Assembly: GCA_964247055.1 (NCBI GenBank)
Contig: OZ176054.1
Span: 1,798,001 to 1,862,000 of the forward strand
DNA: 64,000 nt
Direction: 5' to 3'
From: Paragordius varius
Lineage: Eukaryota; Animalia; Nematomorpha
The position numbers and the translations under genes were made by a program. Each line of letters opens with the position of its first letter. The first letter of the stretch is position 1. The notes under the pieces were generated by a model. The model was given only the letters and a program-made list of their open reading frames with translations. It was not told the DNA's origin and searched no databases. Below, in pieces: positions 53,310 to 64,000 of the stretch.

Positions 53310-53518
53310 CTCAACATCACTTCCCCCTTCAAATCAAAAAATTAAAGAATATATTTTTTAAAAAAGATTCCATACAAAAATATTTTTTTTATTTTTAAAA
53401 AGGGGGCACGTTTTGGAATCTCGCGGGCACAAAATCGACCGCGGTCTACCGTTTGGCCACCCCTGCTATATAGCATATATCAAAAATTGTTTAAAACCTC
53501 GGCATTTTTGCGTTTATT

Positions 53519-54069
53519 TTAACATTTCGATTCGAATTGGTTAAGTTGAAATTAAAAAACTACTGCAAGAAACGGTCCCAATTTGAATTTTGCTTCTATG
53601 CTAATCAAAATTACATGAAAAGCCGAAATATCTAAATAAAATTTTGGTTTTGAAAAAAAGTTCCATATCAAACTACTTCGACGCCATTTTTATTTAACAA
53701 AATCCTTGCAAAATTTGTTTATTTGATTTTAAAGCTAAAATAAAAGCTAATCTTTCATTTAAATCACATCTAACATTGATAGAAACACAAAAAGTGGTTT
53801 ATTTTGCATTATTTTTAAAATTAACTACTGCACACATGTCATGCTGACTAAATTTTTAGCTTGCGGTTTTACCTAAAATTAAATAATATCAAGTTTTTTC
53901 GAATGAATTTTTTTATATATTTCGGTTCAATAATGTTATGAATGTGCAAATTTTTGCCATGGTATGATTCCATATTTATTGAATTATTTAATTTTAAATT
54001 GGCCTGGGGTATTCAACTACCCCAATTTAATCGAAGGACTGAAATGAATGTGTTGTATCTTAGCGTTAA
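53519..54069 (+). mobile_element. Family A piggyBac-like MITE
   Basis: TTAA-CATTTCGATTCGAATTGG ... GGGGTATTCAACTACCCC..TGTATCTTAGCG-TTAA. Confidence 0.8.
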
Positions 54070-54876
54070 AAGAACACCGTTTCCTGCAAAAACTTTGGGG
54101 GTTCGGAGCCTACATCTAAAAATAAAATTAATAAAATTTTGATCTTAAATATATGATATATTTTAGTGATAATTTGGGATGTATTTAGCTTTCATGAAAA
54201 AGTTTTGTTAAACAAAATGTGCGAAATTTAATTTTCTCATCTAGAAAAGTTAATACAAAGTAATAATATCTTTTACATGTAAGGACCAAAACCAAGATAA
54301 TTATAATCCAGCATTTTGCCATTAAAATTTTCATCATTAGATTTTTAAAATATTTGAATTTTTAAAAATGTTCACAATGCTATATTCTTATAGCAATAGT
54401 GTAACTTTTTTATATATTTGTAGGGCTTGAAAACGAAAGTATCAGAAATCTGTTATTTTACTAAAATAACATAATTCATCAGGATATTTTTTCGCGCACT
54501 CTGTGTAACATAAAGATAAATATAGAGCAGGGCTTCTTAAACTTTTGTAGTTCCCAACCCCATTTATGATTGCGAGTTTCTTAAAAACCCCAACAATATA
54601 AAAGAAAAATAATAGTTTCTTGAAATAACACTTAGAAATTTTGTTGATAATATTCATCAGGATTATTTCGGTTTTAAGAGATTGACAAAAATAACTCTAC
54701 ATTTTAATAAATATGTATAATATTTCCTGATTTATAGTAAATTCATACAAGATAATAGCTAGCTGTGTCACTTCGGTGTGGCGTAGTCTTACCGATAATT
54801 ATTCTTAAATATTTGCAATAAATAGAGTTAATGGAGATAAAAATAATAATAAAAATATTTAATAAAAAGAATGTCT

Positions 54877-56626
54877 TTAACACTTCGATTCAAATTGGGT
54901 ATCTAAATACCCCAGACTAAACTTCAGTTAGGATTTTTAAAAAACTAATGAAGCAAACGGCCCAAATTTAAATTTATGCTTCTCTCCTAATAAAAATTAT
55001 ATAAATATGCCAAAATATCTTAACACTTGAATACAACACATTCATTTTAGTCCAAATTGGGGTAGTTGGAGACCCCAGGCCTGTAAAAATCAAATACTTT
55101 AAAAGTGTGGAAGGAATCGAAACCATGGCAAAAATTTGCACTTATATAACATTGATGAACGGAAATATATAAAAAGATTTATTCAAAAATACTTGATCTT
55201 AATTATTTTAAGCTAAAATCAAAAGGTAAAAATTTAGTCAACGTGACACGTGTGCAATTGTAAAATTGAAAAATAATAAATGAACGGCTTTTTCTAGTTC
55301 TATCAATAGATGTAATTTAAATAAAAAATTAGCTTTAATTTTACACTTAAAATTAAAAGAAGGCGATATTTTGTAAAAAATTTGCAAAATAAAAATGGCG
55401 TCGAAGTAGTTTGACATGGAACTTTTTTATCAAAACAAAATTTTTTAGAGATATTTTGGCATATTTATTTAATTTTTATTAGGATAGAAGCAAAAATTTA
55501 AATTGGAACCGTTTCCTTTAGTAGTTTTATAAAACTATTAGTTTAAATTTAGTTTGGGGTATTAAGATATCCCAATTTGAATCAAAGTGTTAATGACGCC
55601 ATTAACATCTTCATGTAATTTTAAAGGTTAAATTAAAGCTAATTTTTTATTTAAATTACATCTAACATTATAGAAATAGAAAAAGCGGTTTATTTTGTAT
55701 TAATTTTTTAATTTTACTATTTCACAAATGTCACGTTGACGAAATTTTTACCTTTCGGTTTTAGGTTAAAATAAGTAGTATCGAGTATTTTTGAATAGAA
55801 TTTTTTATTTATACCATTTGCACATCAAGAGCCTTGAACACTTCAGGTTGGTCCTTGAACAGTTCAAGTTGGTTATGAAAAATTCAAGTTGGTCCTTGAA
55901 CAATTCAAGTTGGTCCTTGAACACTTCAAGTTTTTGACTTTTTTGTTTTGTTTTAAACTTTATCAATCAAATAGTATATTATTCATCTTTTTTATTGTTT
56001 TTAACCTATTTTTAACTATTTAACATAAATTTCAAATCGATATCAATAATCTTTGAGAAACCGTATATCTTTAGTAATTTGTTAAAATAATTTTGGATAT
56101 TTATAAGATTTTAACACGAAATGAAAAAATATATAAGTTTTCTGGGTTATTAATTAAAATCTTTCATTAAAAACATTTAAAATTCAATAATTTTGTTCAA
56201 TTGAAATAAAATAGTTTGAAACAAAAAAGTGGTTTTTTAATAAGTTTTTTTATTTTTAAATGAATAAATATATAATAATTAAAGAATATTAGGTTAATAA
56301 ATAATAAATTAAAAAAAATAAATGCAAAATCTATGGTTAAATCAAAATTTATATATTTTAACCAACTTGAAATGTTTAAGGACCAACTTGAAGTGTTCAA
56401 AGACCAACTTGAATTGTTCAAGGACCAACTTGAAGTGTTCAAGGACACTCTTGAAGTGCAAATGGTACATTTCGGTTTATTTATGTTATATAAGTGGAAA
56501 ATTTTGCCATGGTTCCTATCCCTTCCATACTTTTTTAAAATATTTGATTTTAAACAGGCCTGGGGTATCAAACTACCCCAATTTGAATCGAAGGACTAAA
56601 ATGAGTGTGTTGTATCCAAGTGTTAA
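54877..56626 (+). mobile_element. Family A MITE carrying a nested reverse family A copy (55020-55593) and a family B insertion
   Basis: TTAA-CACTT left end at 54877; interrupted at TTAA 55020 by a complete reverse copy ending TTAA 55593; resumes and ends AAGTG-TTAA at 56626. Confidence 0.8.
55812..56467. mobile_element. Family B TA-flanked (Tc1/mariner-like TSD) MITE with 21-bp subterminal arrays
   Basis: TA-CCATTTGCAC...GTGCAAATGG-TA. Removing it restores the family A sequence TTTATA-CATTTCGG. Left array is (AAGTTGGTCCTTGAACA(C/A)TTC)x~5; the right array is inverted x~4. Confidence 0.88.
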
Positions 56627-56699
56627 TTATTCTTTTACGGGTTTTTGCATTGGCTATATTGTTTACTCGAAATATACCATATTCTGTCCCTTATTAAAA

Positions 56700-58034
56700 T
56701 TAACACTTCGATTAAAATTGGGATTTAAGTTAGGATTTTTAGAAAAGTACTGAAGGAAACGGTCCCAATTTTAATTTTGCTTCTATGCTAATCAAAATTA
56801 CATGAAAAGCCAAAATATCTAAATAAAATTTTGTTTTGAAAAAAAAGTTCCATGTCAAACTACATCGGACGCTATTTTATTTTACAAAATTTTTGCAAAA
56901 TATCGTCTTAATATAATTTTAATCCTTTAGTAGTTTTATAAAACTATTAGTTTAAATTTAGTTTGGGGTATTAAGATATCCCAATTTGAATCAAAGTGTT
57001 AATGACGCCATTAACATCTTCATGTAATTTTAAAGGTTAAATTAAAGCTAATTTTTTATTTAAATTACATCTAACATTATAGAAATAGAAAAAGCGGTTT
57101 ATTTTGTATTAATTTTTTAATTTTACTATTTCACAAATGTCACGTTGACGAAATTTTTACCTTTCGGTTTTAGGTTAAAATAAGTAGTATCGAGTATTTT
57201 TGAATAGAATTTTTTATTTATACCATTTGCACATCAAGAGCCTTGAACACTTCAGGTTGGTCCTTGAACAGTTCAAGTTGGTTATGAAAAATTCAAGTTG
57301 GTCCTTGAACAATTCAAGTTGGTCCTTGAACACTTCAAGTTTTTGACTTTTTTGTTTTGTTTTAAACTTTATCAATCAAATAGTATATTATTCATCTTTT
57401 TTATTGTTTTTAACCTATTTTTAACTATTTAACATAAATTTCAAATCGATATCAATAATCTTTGAGAAACCGTATATCTTTAGTAATTTCTTAAAATAAT
57501 TTTGGATATTTATAAGATTTTAACACGAAATGAAAAAATATATAAGTTTTCTGGGTTATTAATTAAAATCTTTCATTAAAAACATTTAAAATCCAATAAT
57601 TTTGTTCAATTGAAAATAAATAGTTTGAAACAAAAAAGTGGTTTTTTAATAAGTTTTTTTATTTTTAAATGAATAAATATATAATAATCAAAGAATATTA
57701 GGTTAATAAATAATAAATTAAAAAAAATAAATGCAAAATCTATGGTTAAATCAAAATTTATATATTTTAACCAACTTGAAATGTTTAAGGACCAACTTGA
57801 AGTGTTCAAAGACCAACTTGAATTGTTCAAGGACCAACTTGAAGTGTTCAAGGACACTCTTGAAGTGCAAATGGTACATTTCGGTTTATTAATGTTATAT
57901 AAGTGCAAAATTTTGGCATGGTTTCGATTCCTTCCATATTTTTTAAAAAAATAAATTTTTAACAGGCCTGGGGTATTTAACTACCCCAATTTGAATCGAA
58001 GGACTAAAATGAATGCGTTGTATCCAAGTGTTAA
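56700..58034 (+). mobile_element. Second composite family A unit containing a 967-bp near-identical duplicate of 55515-56481 (incl. family B copy 57221-57876)
   Basis: TTAA-CACTTCGATT at 56700 and AAGTG-TTAA at 58034. 56924-57890 matches 55515-56481 at a constant offset of 1409 with only a handful of differences. Confidence 0.85.
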
Positions 58035-58931
58035 TATTCAACTATCATTGGATTTATTTTAAGATTTTCATTTTACGAAATCATGGTTTAAAATTCTAAT
58101 TTGAAATTGTGTTCATACAGCTGGGATCAAGGGATACAAAAAGTAAAACATTTGTGGTCCCTTTTTAAAAGATAGAATGATAATATACAAACTCCCCAGA
58201 AATGAGTTTAACTGAACTCGTATGGTTTCTTAAGTTTATTTTCAATTAGCTTTAAAACTACGCCTACTTTGTATGGCGTCTCAATTTTAAACCGGTAGAC
58301 CCCTATCCATAGACCTATGTGGAGAAAGCGCTGAATTAAATTCTTTGCCTTTATAGGGCAAATATTGGAATCATCTTTAAAACCATCGTCTCAAGGGTTA
58401 TTCAAAAAATACAACACTAAATAATCGTTATATGATGGCGTTTTAGGGCATAAAAGCCCCAAATTAACGGCTAATAAAATCCGACTTAATTTTTACCTAG
58501 TTACGGGTAATATTTTGAGCTTTTAATGAGCTCATATGGCTTCATAAATTTTCTGTAAATTAGCTCCAAAACAACGCAATTTCTATATAGTGGCGCAGTT
58601 TTGACGGCTATCTGTTTACCTAGCATCCAATATGATAAAAACGGAAGACATAAATTTTGGCCTTTTAACAGAGAATAACTCGAATCCTCAGTGAATTGTA
58701 ACGATCTCATACCCTGGGCAAAAAATTATTTAGTTTTTTTGAAAAAAATGGCATTTTACGGGGGGAACGGGTAGAAGAGCCTAAAAAAGTAAGCCGACTA
58801 TGTTCGGCGCAATCGAAAAAAGTAAAAATAATTATTTTTGAAATCGAATGGTACAACATGTTTTCCGGAAAATTTTCTCAAAGACACGATTTTCTGGACT
58901 TGTGTTTTAAAAAAACCGTTTTGTACACAGG

Positions 58932-59713
58932 GGCCCATGTGACGGTTAAAACAATGTTCATACATTCGTTCTTTTGGTGAATATAAAAAGCTCATCCTAC
59001 CTTCACTTGCGTGCTATAAAACGAGCATATAAAATTGAGGATCGAGGATTTTTAATACTTAATAACTTTTGAACTATATGGAATTTTTGAATTCTGAAAA
59101 GTGTTCCAAATAAAGTAAACACTATATTATAATATTTTAGCTGACAAAAGATTGTTTGTTGAAAGTATTATCAAAAATTTTAATTATATTAGAAGGCATT
59201 AAAACTAAATAAATACTTGGGTATTTTTTATTAATTAGCTCTAATTTTTAGTCCAGTATAATTTTCGTTGGCAATTAAAACTAAAAAATGTCATATAATT
59301 ACTATCCATCAACATTCGACACTATAGTGGATAATCCTTGGTATATATCATATAAATCTTTTTTTATCTATTATTTATAGGCTTGGTCCCATATCTCAGA
59401 CAACATCTAGTCCGAGGCTGGCTATTCGTTCAGCGACTGTTCCTCCTCAAATGATCGAAGCTCGGGTTCCTGCTCGGTATATTTATAAACTCATTTATCC
59501 ATTTTGCATTTTGTATATCTATTATTTATAGGTTTGGTCCCAACCCACAGACAACAAGCGAAAATCAATACGAGAGCTTTTCTTAGCCGATTTTTTAATA
59601 TGTGGCTTCATCGGAAATCAACCTCAAAAAGTACACTCAACATTCACATAAAATAAACATATGATTTAAAACGAGCCCATTTCGGTGAAGGTAGAGACAC
59701 CTTCACATGGGCC
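58932..59713. mobile_element. 782-bp TIR element with 3-bp TSD (PIF/Harbinger-like termini)
   Basis: Perfect 11-bp TIR GGCCCATGTGA / TCACATGGGCC; AGG duplicated on both sides. Excising it restores a 30-nt stretch co-linear with the uninterrupted family C copy. Inner 10-bp inverted repeat CTACCTTCAC (58997) / GTGAAGGTAG (59685). Confidence 0.85.
59288..59586 (+). CDS. Putative 3-exon mini-gene (67 aa) inside the TIR element: 59288-59340, 59381-59476, 59532-59586
   Basis: ATG start; two phase-2 GTATAT..TATTTATAG introns (40 and 55 nt); open frame MSYNYYPSTFDTIVDNPW-LGPISQTTSSPRLAIRSATVPPQMIEARVPAR-FGPNPQTTSENQYESFS*; AATAAA at 59652. Confidence 0.55.
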
Positions 59714-61436
59714 AGGGTATTCCCCAACTGGGAGCCTAATTCAATAAAATGGCGAGGTTATTGTCGGGGCATTCATTATTAATTATTTTTTTGACATTTG
59801 GATTTGAATGGGTATACCGGTTTTCCTGAAACAGTCACAACGCCAGCATTTTCCATTTTGATAAATATATAGATTATAATGATCGGAAGAAATGCTGGTA
59901 TAAACAGTCTTTCCGAACCAGATGATTTTAAGATATATTTATAACAATAATATAAGTTAAAAAACATTTTTTCTAAATTGTATTTCACTAGCTACCCTTG
60001 CTACGCGACCCCAAATGGGGTCACAACCCATAGTTTTAGAAGCACTGATATAGAATATTAAATCTATGCATAAAAAAGATGATATTTTTTTTCCAATTTA
60101 CACGATCGAAAATTAGAATTTTTTTAAATTTTAAAAATATAGAATATATTATTTTTGAGTGACTGACTTATATAACTGCAAAAAAAATTTATGAAATAAA
60201 TTTTTTATTTATCCAATATTTGAAGGATGCGTCAGAAATTATAGAATATTTTTATTGGGCAAAAATCACGGTACTAGATTCATCGGGGTTTAAAATACCT
60301 TATAAAGATTACTATAATATATCATTACCTATTTTTAAAATATTTAAATCTAATTTGTTTCGCGTCTATTGTTAAACATCTGTGATTTAAATGGCTTCAT
60401 TATAGTCTGACTCTCGTGCAATATTAGGTAAATTGTTAACTTTACTATTTATTAATTGTAATTAATATTAAAAATGAATACAATTTAATCCCATAACTTA
60501 GATACCTTAGATTTAATTTTTTTTATTTGTTTTCAGCGAAAAATTCGTAATTTAAACGGTTAGTAAAGATATATATTAGTATTTGATGAAAATCATTTAA
60601 CTTTTTTACGAAAACTGGTTACATACCATTTACATACAATAAATAAATTTTATTATAAAACAGATCAGGATTTTTATTAGACTTTCTAAGTGTCATTATA
60701 TATAACAAACTGTAATTAACTATTATTAATGTACTTTTTGGCTCTAGGTCAATTTGGTTGTATATGGTACTTTTTTTAAAAGCATTCAATTATATTATGT
60801 TTATTGTAAATTTCTAGACAAAACATTTTTGCGAACTAATCTTACGAAAATTAAAAACCTAACCAACAATATTAAAGTATATATGGATGGAAATTATTAA
60901 CCATGCTTCCCGTAATTCTGCAAATTAAAAGTTCAATTATGATCTTGGATTGGAACACAAATAAAACATAGATGCATCACCATTCATTAATCGTATGTTC
61001 CAGGGCGTTAAAGCAACCTTGAATATCCTTCTCTTTCCAGCATTTTTGTAATATAAACTCTCCCGTTTAAATTTAATCGGTTTACGTTGTCAAATAATAT
61101 ATTTGCTCAAACTTTCTCTAGCTAAATATATTTATAAATAAATTTTAAAATACCCATATTATTATACATCTCATCAGTTTTATGTCTTATCTATACATAA
61201 GTAACTAAAAAGAATACGTGATACATCGATATTTGGCTAGCCAAGATTTACACTGACTAATCGCATTTTTTCCCCGGAACTTTTGTTAAAGCGAAAAGTT
61301 AATAAAAATTTACTAATGATTATCTTCGAATAATCCCCTTTTTTCTTCGTTAAATTCCAATCTAATAAATGTTTAATGATGACAAATATTACTTTGTAAA
61401 TTTTTGAAGAATAATTTGAAATCTTAAAAACATTTT

Positions 61437-63884
61437 ATGAACAATATAACTGAAGTGATGGAGCAATGGTCGAATGAGCAAATTTTATCGTCTGACGCTG
61501 ATGATGTTACTGATTTTTCCGATTTATCGTCTGAGGTGGAATATCGATCGCTATCTCCCACATCTCGATCATCATCATCTTCATCCTCTCCATTAGCAAT
61601 AGCACGTAATCCTTGTTCACAAACGAATGAGGATCCATGTTTTGTCGTTTCTTCAAATGGTTCATTTCCTCCAGTAGCAGACGAACAAAAATGTGTACGT
61701 GATGCAAACGAACTCGAATCCCCATTTAATAATTCTGCTAATGATTGCCATTTGAACAATAAGATATCACAAAGCGAAAGCAGTGACGATTCATCGACCA
61801 ATGGCGTTGATGAAGACGGATCCATTCGATGCAGGCGAAATAATGAAAGGCGTTCAACTCTTACGCCATTAAATGCTAATCATGATGGATGTATTACTGA
61901 CATCGAAGCAAGTAATCCCAGCCATGACAATAAATATGATTGCTTGGATGAAGGCATGTCATCCCTTTCACTCGAATGTATAAAGGGTAAAACAAAAACC
62001 TATATAAACGATAATTTTGTGCATCACCGAAAACCTTATTCGTATTTTGGTGTACCATTGATATCATTAATAACAAAAACTGATACTCACGGTGTACCAC
62101 GCTTAATGAATGAGCTAGCTCAATATTTGTTGAGACACTTTAGTGCCATATATTCGTTTCAGAAACAAAATTGTTCACCCAAAATAAAGGATAAGCATCA
62201 AATGAAGCACAAATTTTCTGTTCCTTATTCTCTGGGCACTTACTCTCGTGATAATAATAATAATCATTATTTGAATGATTTGGTATACCTTACTTGGTCA
62301 TCCAATTCGCATGCAATTCAATCAATATCATCTAAAGAAACGCCCCAAGTATCGGAAGATTTTCAACAAAAAATTTTGCGAGATTTAATTGCTGCCAGTA
62401 GGTTTTTCTTTTTTCCCTGCGTCCATGAACCATCACTGGCTAACATAAACTTGTGTCACAAGAAAGACTTAATAATGGCTGAAATTCCACAATGTCGGAC
62501 GGAAAATGAATCAGTTATGACATCCATACCTTATCATCAGCATCCGTGGTTACTTACTCCAGCCAGTTTGCATTCCCACATGGCATGTTTATCGGTCTCC
62601 AAATTAACTGATGCCATCGATCAGTATGGGATTGAAGCATTTTTGGGCGAAATGGAACTGAGGTATGCGTTGACAGAAGCTACACAAGATATCATTTCTT
62701 CCAGCGATAATAAAAGTTATAGCAATCCAAGCTACAAAGTTTTCTATCATTACGGCTTTGAAACGGGGAAAAACAGTCCTGTGTCGTCTATGGATAAAAC
62801 GACCGTTGAAAAGGATAAAACATTATGCAGCGATCTAATTTTCATGATTTTTTTATTTTTAGAGAAATTGCCTCAGTCGCTCATTCCCTCGGATGTTACT
62901 TTATCACTTATACAGATCCACATAAAAGCATTTAATACCAATGAGCACTTGAATGATAATATTTGTGTCGATATCAATGAAAGACTGAATGATAAGAATG
63001 CCCAAGAAAATTTGCATACACCAAAATTATTGGATGTGTATGGAAAGTTTTTGCGTGATACATTGCCCTCTGCCAATTATAGGCTAACTGTTTTCATTTT
63101 AACATTATTAAGGGATTTATGGATACTATCCAACAAAGATTCTGCACTTATGGAAAATTTTGTTACATGTTTTTCGTGTACGGCTACAATTTTTTTGAAA
63201 AATGACGTTGATACTTGTTGTAATGATACGTTGCTTTCATCACAATCTAATATGTTGCAAAGTAGTCCCCTATTTCATAATGAAGAAGAAAGCGAATCTT
63301 ATAGGGTAGCTCACGATTCTAGCGCGTATTTTAAGGCATGGAGGCCTATTGTTAAAACGCTTTTGTTGCACTCCAACACAATTTTTGCCATGGATATGGA
63401 TTATCAATGCTTAATGACCGATGTGATATCCTTAGCTCCATCTTTATACCACCACCATGGTGCACGTCAATCGCACGATAAAATTGAATTTATCAATCAC
63501 GTTACTCCTCCATTGAGTGTTGTTGGTGAGGGTGGATACCAAATTTTGAATCAAAATGATGAATCATCCAGTGAAACGAAAAATCCTACGTTCCTTAAAA
63601 TTTGTAAAGGTGAGAAAACATACATTGTACCAATCGAACAATTTGTGCAAAAAGTTGGTTCTGACATTTCAGATGTTCATTCTTATAACGGTCCTTCTCC
63701 CACTTCTTTATGCCAAGAAAATGCTTCGGCTATCATGGTCAATGATAATAATAATTGGCTTGATGGAAATAATAATAAACATAACAAATTTGTTGAAAAC
63801 ACAAATGTCACTATAAATGATATCAAATCTATTCCTATCCAAGAGAAATCAAGTATATATTTTAGTTTATGCTTGAAAATATGA
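61437..63884 (+). CDS. RhoGAP-fold protein (possibly FAM13-like), 815-codon exon; the gene may continue beyond the window
   Basis: RhoGAP landmarks YFGVPL..GVPRLMNELAQYL, DLIFMIFLFLEKLPQSLIP, LPSANYRLTVFILTLL, MENFVTCF; Ser/Asn-rich N-terminus. No G(I/L)(F/Y)R arginine-finger motif is visible. Confidence 0.7.
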   Translation: MNNITEVMEQWSNEQILSSDADDVTDFSDLSSEVEYRSLSPTSRSSSSSSSPLAIARNPCSQTNEDPCFVVSSNGSFPPVADEQKCVRDANELESPFNNSANDCHLNNKISQSESSDDSSTNGVDEDGSIRCRRNNERRSTLTPLNANHDGCITDIEASNPSHDNKYDCLDEGMSSLSLECIKGKTKTYINDNFVHHRKPYSYFGVPLISLITKTDTHGVPRLMNELAQYLLRHFSAIYSFQKQNCSPKIKDKHQMKHKFSVPYSLGTYSRDNNNNHYLNDLVYLTWSSNSHAIQSISSKETPQVSEDFQQKILRDLIAASRFFFFPCVHEPSLANINLCHKKDLIMAEIPQCRTENESVMTSIPYHQHPWLLTPASLHSHMACLSVSKLTDAIDQYGIEAFLGEMELRYALTEATQDIISSSDNKSYSNPSYKVFYHYGFETGKNSPVSSMDKTTVEKDKTLCSDLIFMIFLFLEKLPQSLIPSDVTLSLIQIHIKAFNTNEHLNDNICVDINERLNDKNAQENLHTPKLLDVYGKFLRDTLPSANYRLTVFILTLLRDLWILSNKDSALMENFVTCFSCTATIFLKNDVDTCCNDTLLSSQSNMLQSSPLFHNEEESESYRVAHDSSAYFKAWRPIVKTLLLHSNTIFAMDMDYQCLMTDVISLAPSLYHHHGARQSHDKIEFINHVTPPLSVVGEGGYQILNQNDESSSETKNPTFLKICKGEKTYIVPIEQFVQKVGSDISDVHSYNGPSPTSLCQENASAIMVNDNNNWLDGNNNKHNKFVENTNVTINDIKSIPIQEKSSIYFSLCLKI

Positions 63885-64000
63885 ATTATTTTTTTTGTAG
63901 TCGTAAGTTTTATGTACCTTTTTGACCGGATCAATTTTTATGCTAAAATATTTGAATGAAACATGTCATTTTATATTCTATATAGAAGGTACATTAGCTC

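Larger units (their letters stand above)
51172..53465. mobile_element. hAT-type MITE shell containing nested insertions, including the Gypsy fragment
   Basis: TAGGGGTAACCAACC ... GTTTGGCCACCCCTG termini with CGCGGGC subterminal motifs; 8-bp flanks CCATATAG / CTATATAG. Confidence 0.75.
58155..59880 (+). mobile_element. Family C element interrupted by a TIR insertion
   Basis: Homologous to 11360-12890 on both sides of 58932-59713; ends ...ACCGGTTTTCCTGAAAC..CATTTTCCATT..ATAAATATATAGATT. Confidence 0.8.
54528..60047. mobile_element. hAT (Charlie-like) element shell expanded to 5.5 kb by nested insertions
   Basis: Left end CAGGGCTTCTTAAAC; right end GCGACCCCAAATGGGGTCAC..GTTTTAGAAGCACTG; 8-bp flanks ATATAGAG / ATATAGAA. 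Confidence 0.7.

Noticed and set aside
55830-55935. Short regularly spaced repeats as a CRISPR-like array
   Set aside because: The units are contiguous 21-mers without unique spacers, inside a eukaryotic MITE; no cas genes.
56197-57954. ORFs with heptad-like repeats (FKDQLEV..., TSSWSLN...) at 56197-56753 and 57606-57954
   Set aside because: They are translations of the 21-bp arrays of the family B MITE; there is no evidence for a real coiled-coil protein.
60880-61100. Minus-strand stretch RKPIKFKRESLYYKNAGKRRIFK...DASMFYLC with a faint Ig-like look
   Set aside because: About 50 codons with no convincing splice sites or start; the similarity could be chance.

Overview
Very AT-rich, gene-sparse animal (invertebrate) genomic DNA with spliceosomal GT-AG introns; the taxon cannot be determined from sequence alone. 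I built the gene models by hand, checking intron phases. They are: the 3' part of an unidentified gene (1-2305,+); an intronless charged/His-rich orphan ORF (7871-8503,+); a spliced Ig-domain single-pass membrane protein gene missed by the ORF track (8829-9937,-); a 14-exon, ~1734-aa Polo-like kinase with a ~1000-aa linker (20998-35649,+); an ORP9/10/11-like PH-domain gene (38292-42011,-); an intronless class A peptide GPCR (44484-45920,-); and a large RhoGAP-fold ORF (61437-63884,+). Intergenic DNA and introns hold many non-autonomous DNA transposons: a TTAA-flanked piggyBac-like MITE (>=8 copies), TA-flanked MITEs with 21-bp arrays, hAT-type MITEs with 8-bp TSDs, and a long internally repeated dispersed element. 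A Gypsy integrase fragment is also present, and 51-60 kb is deeply nested. Top observations: (1) the PH domain is split by three consecutive introns of only 23, 27 and 23 nt, in a genome that also has kb-scale introns; (2) a 782-bp TIR element with a 3-bp TSD carries an intact 3-exon, 67-codon mini-gene. No rRNA, tRNA or CRISPR features were recognised.
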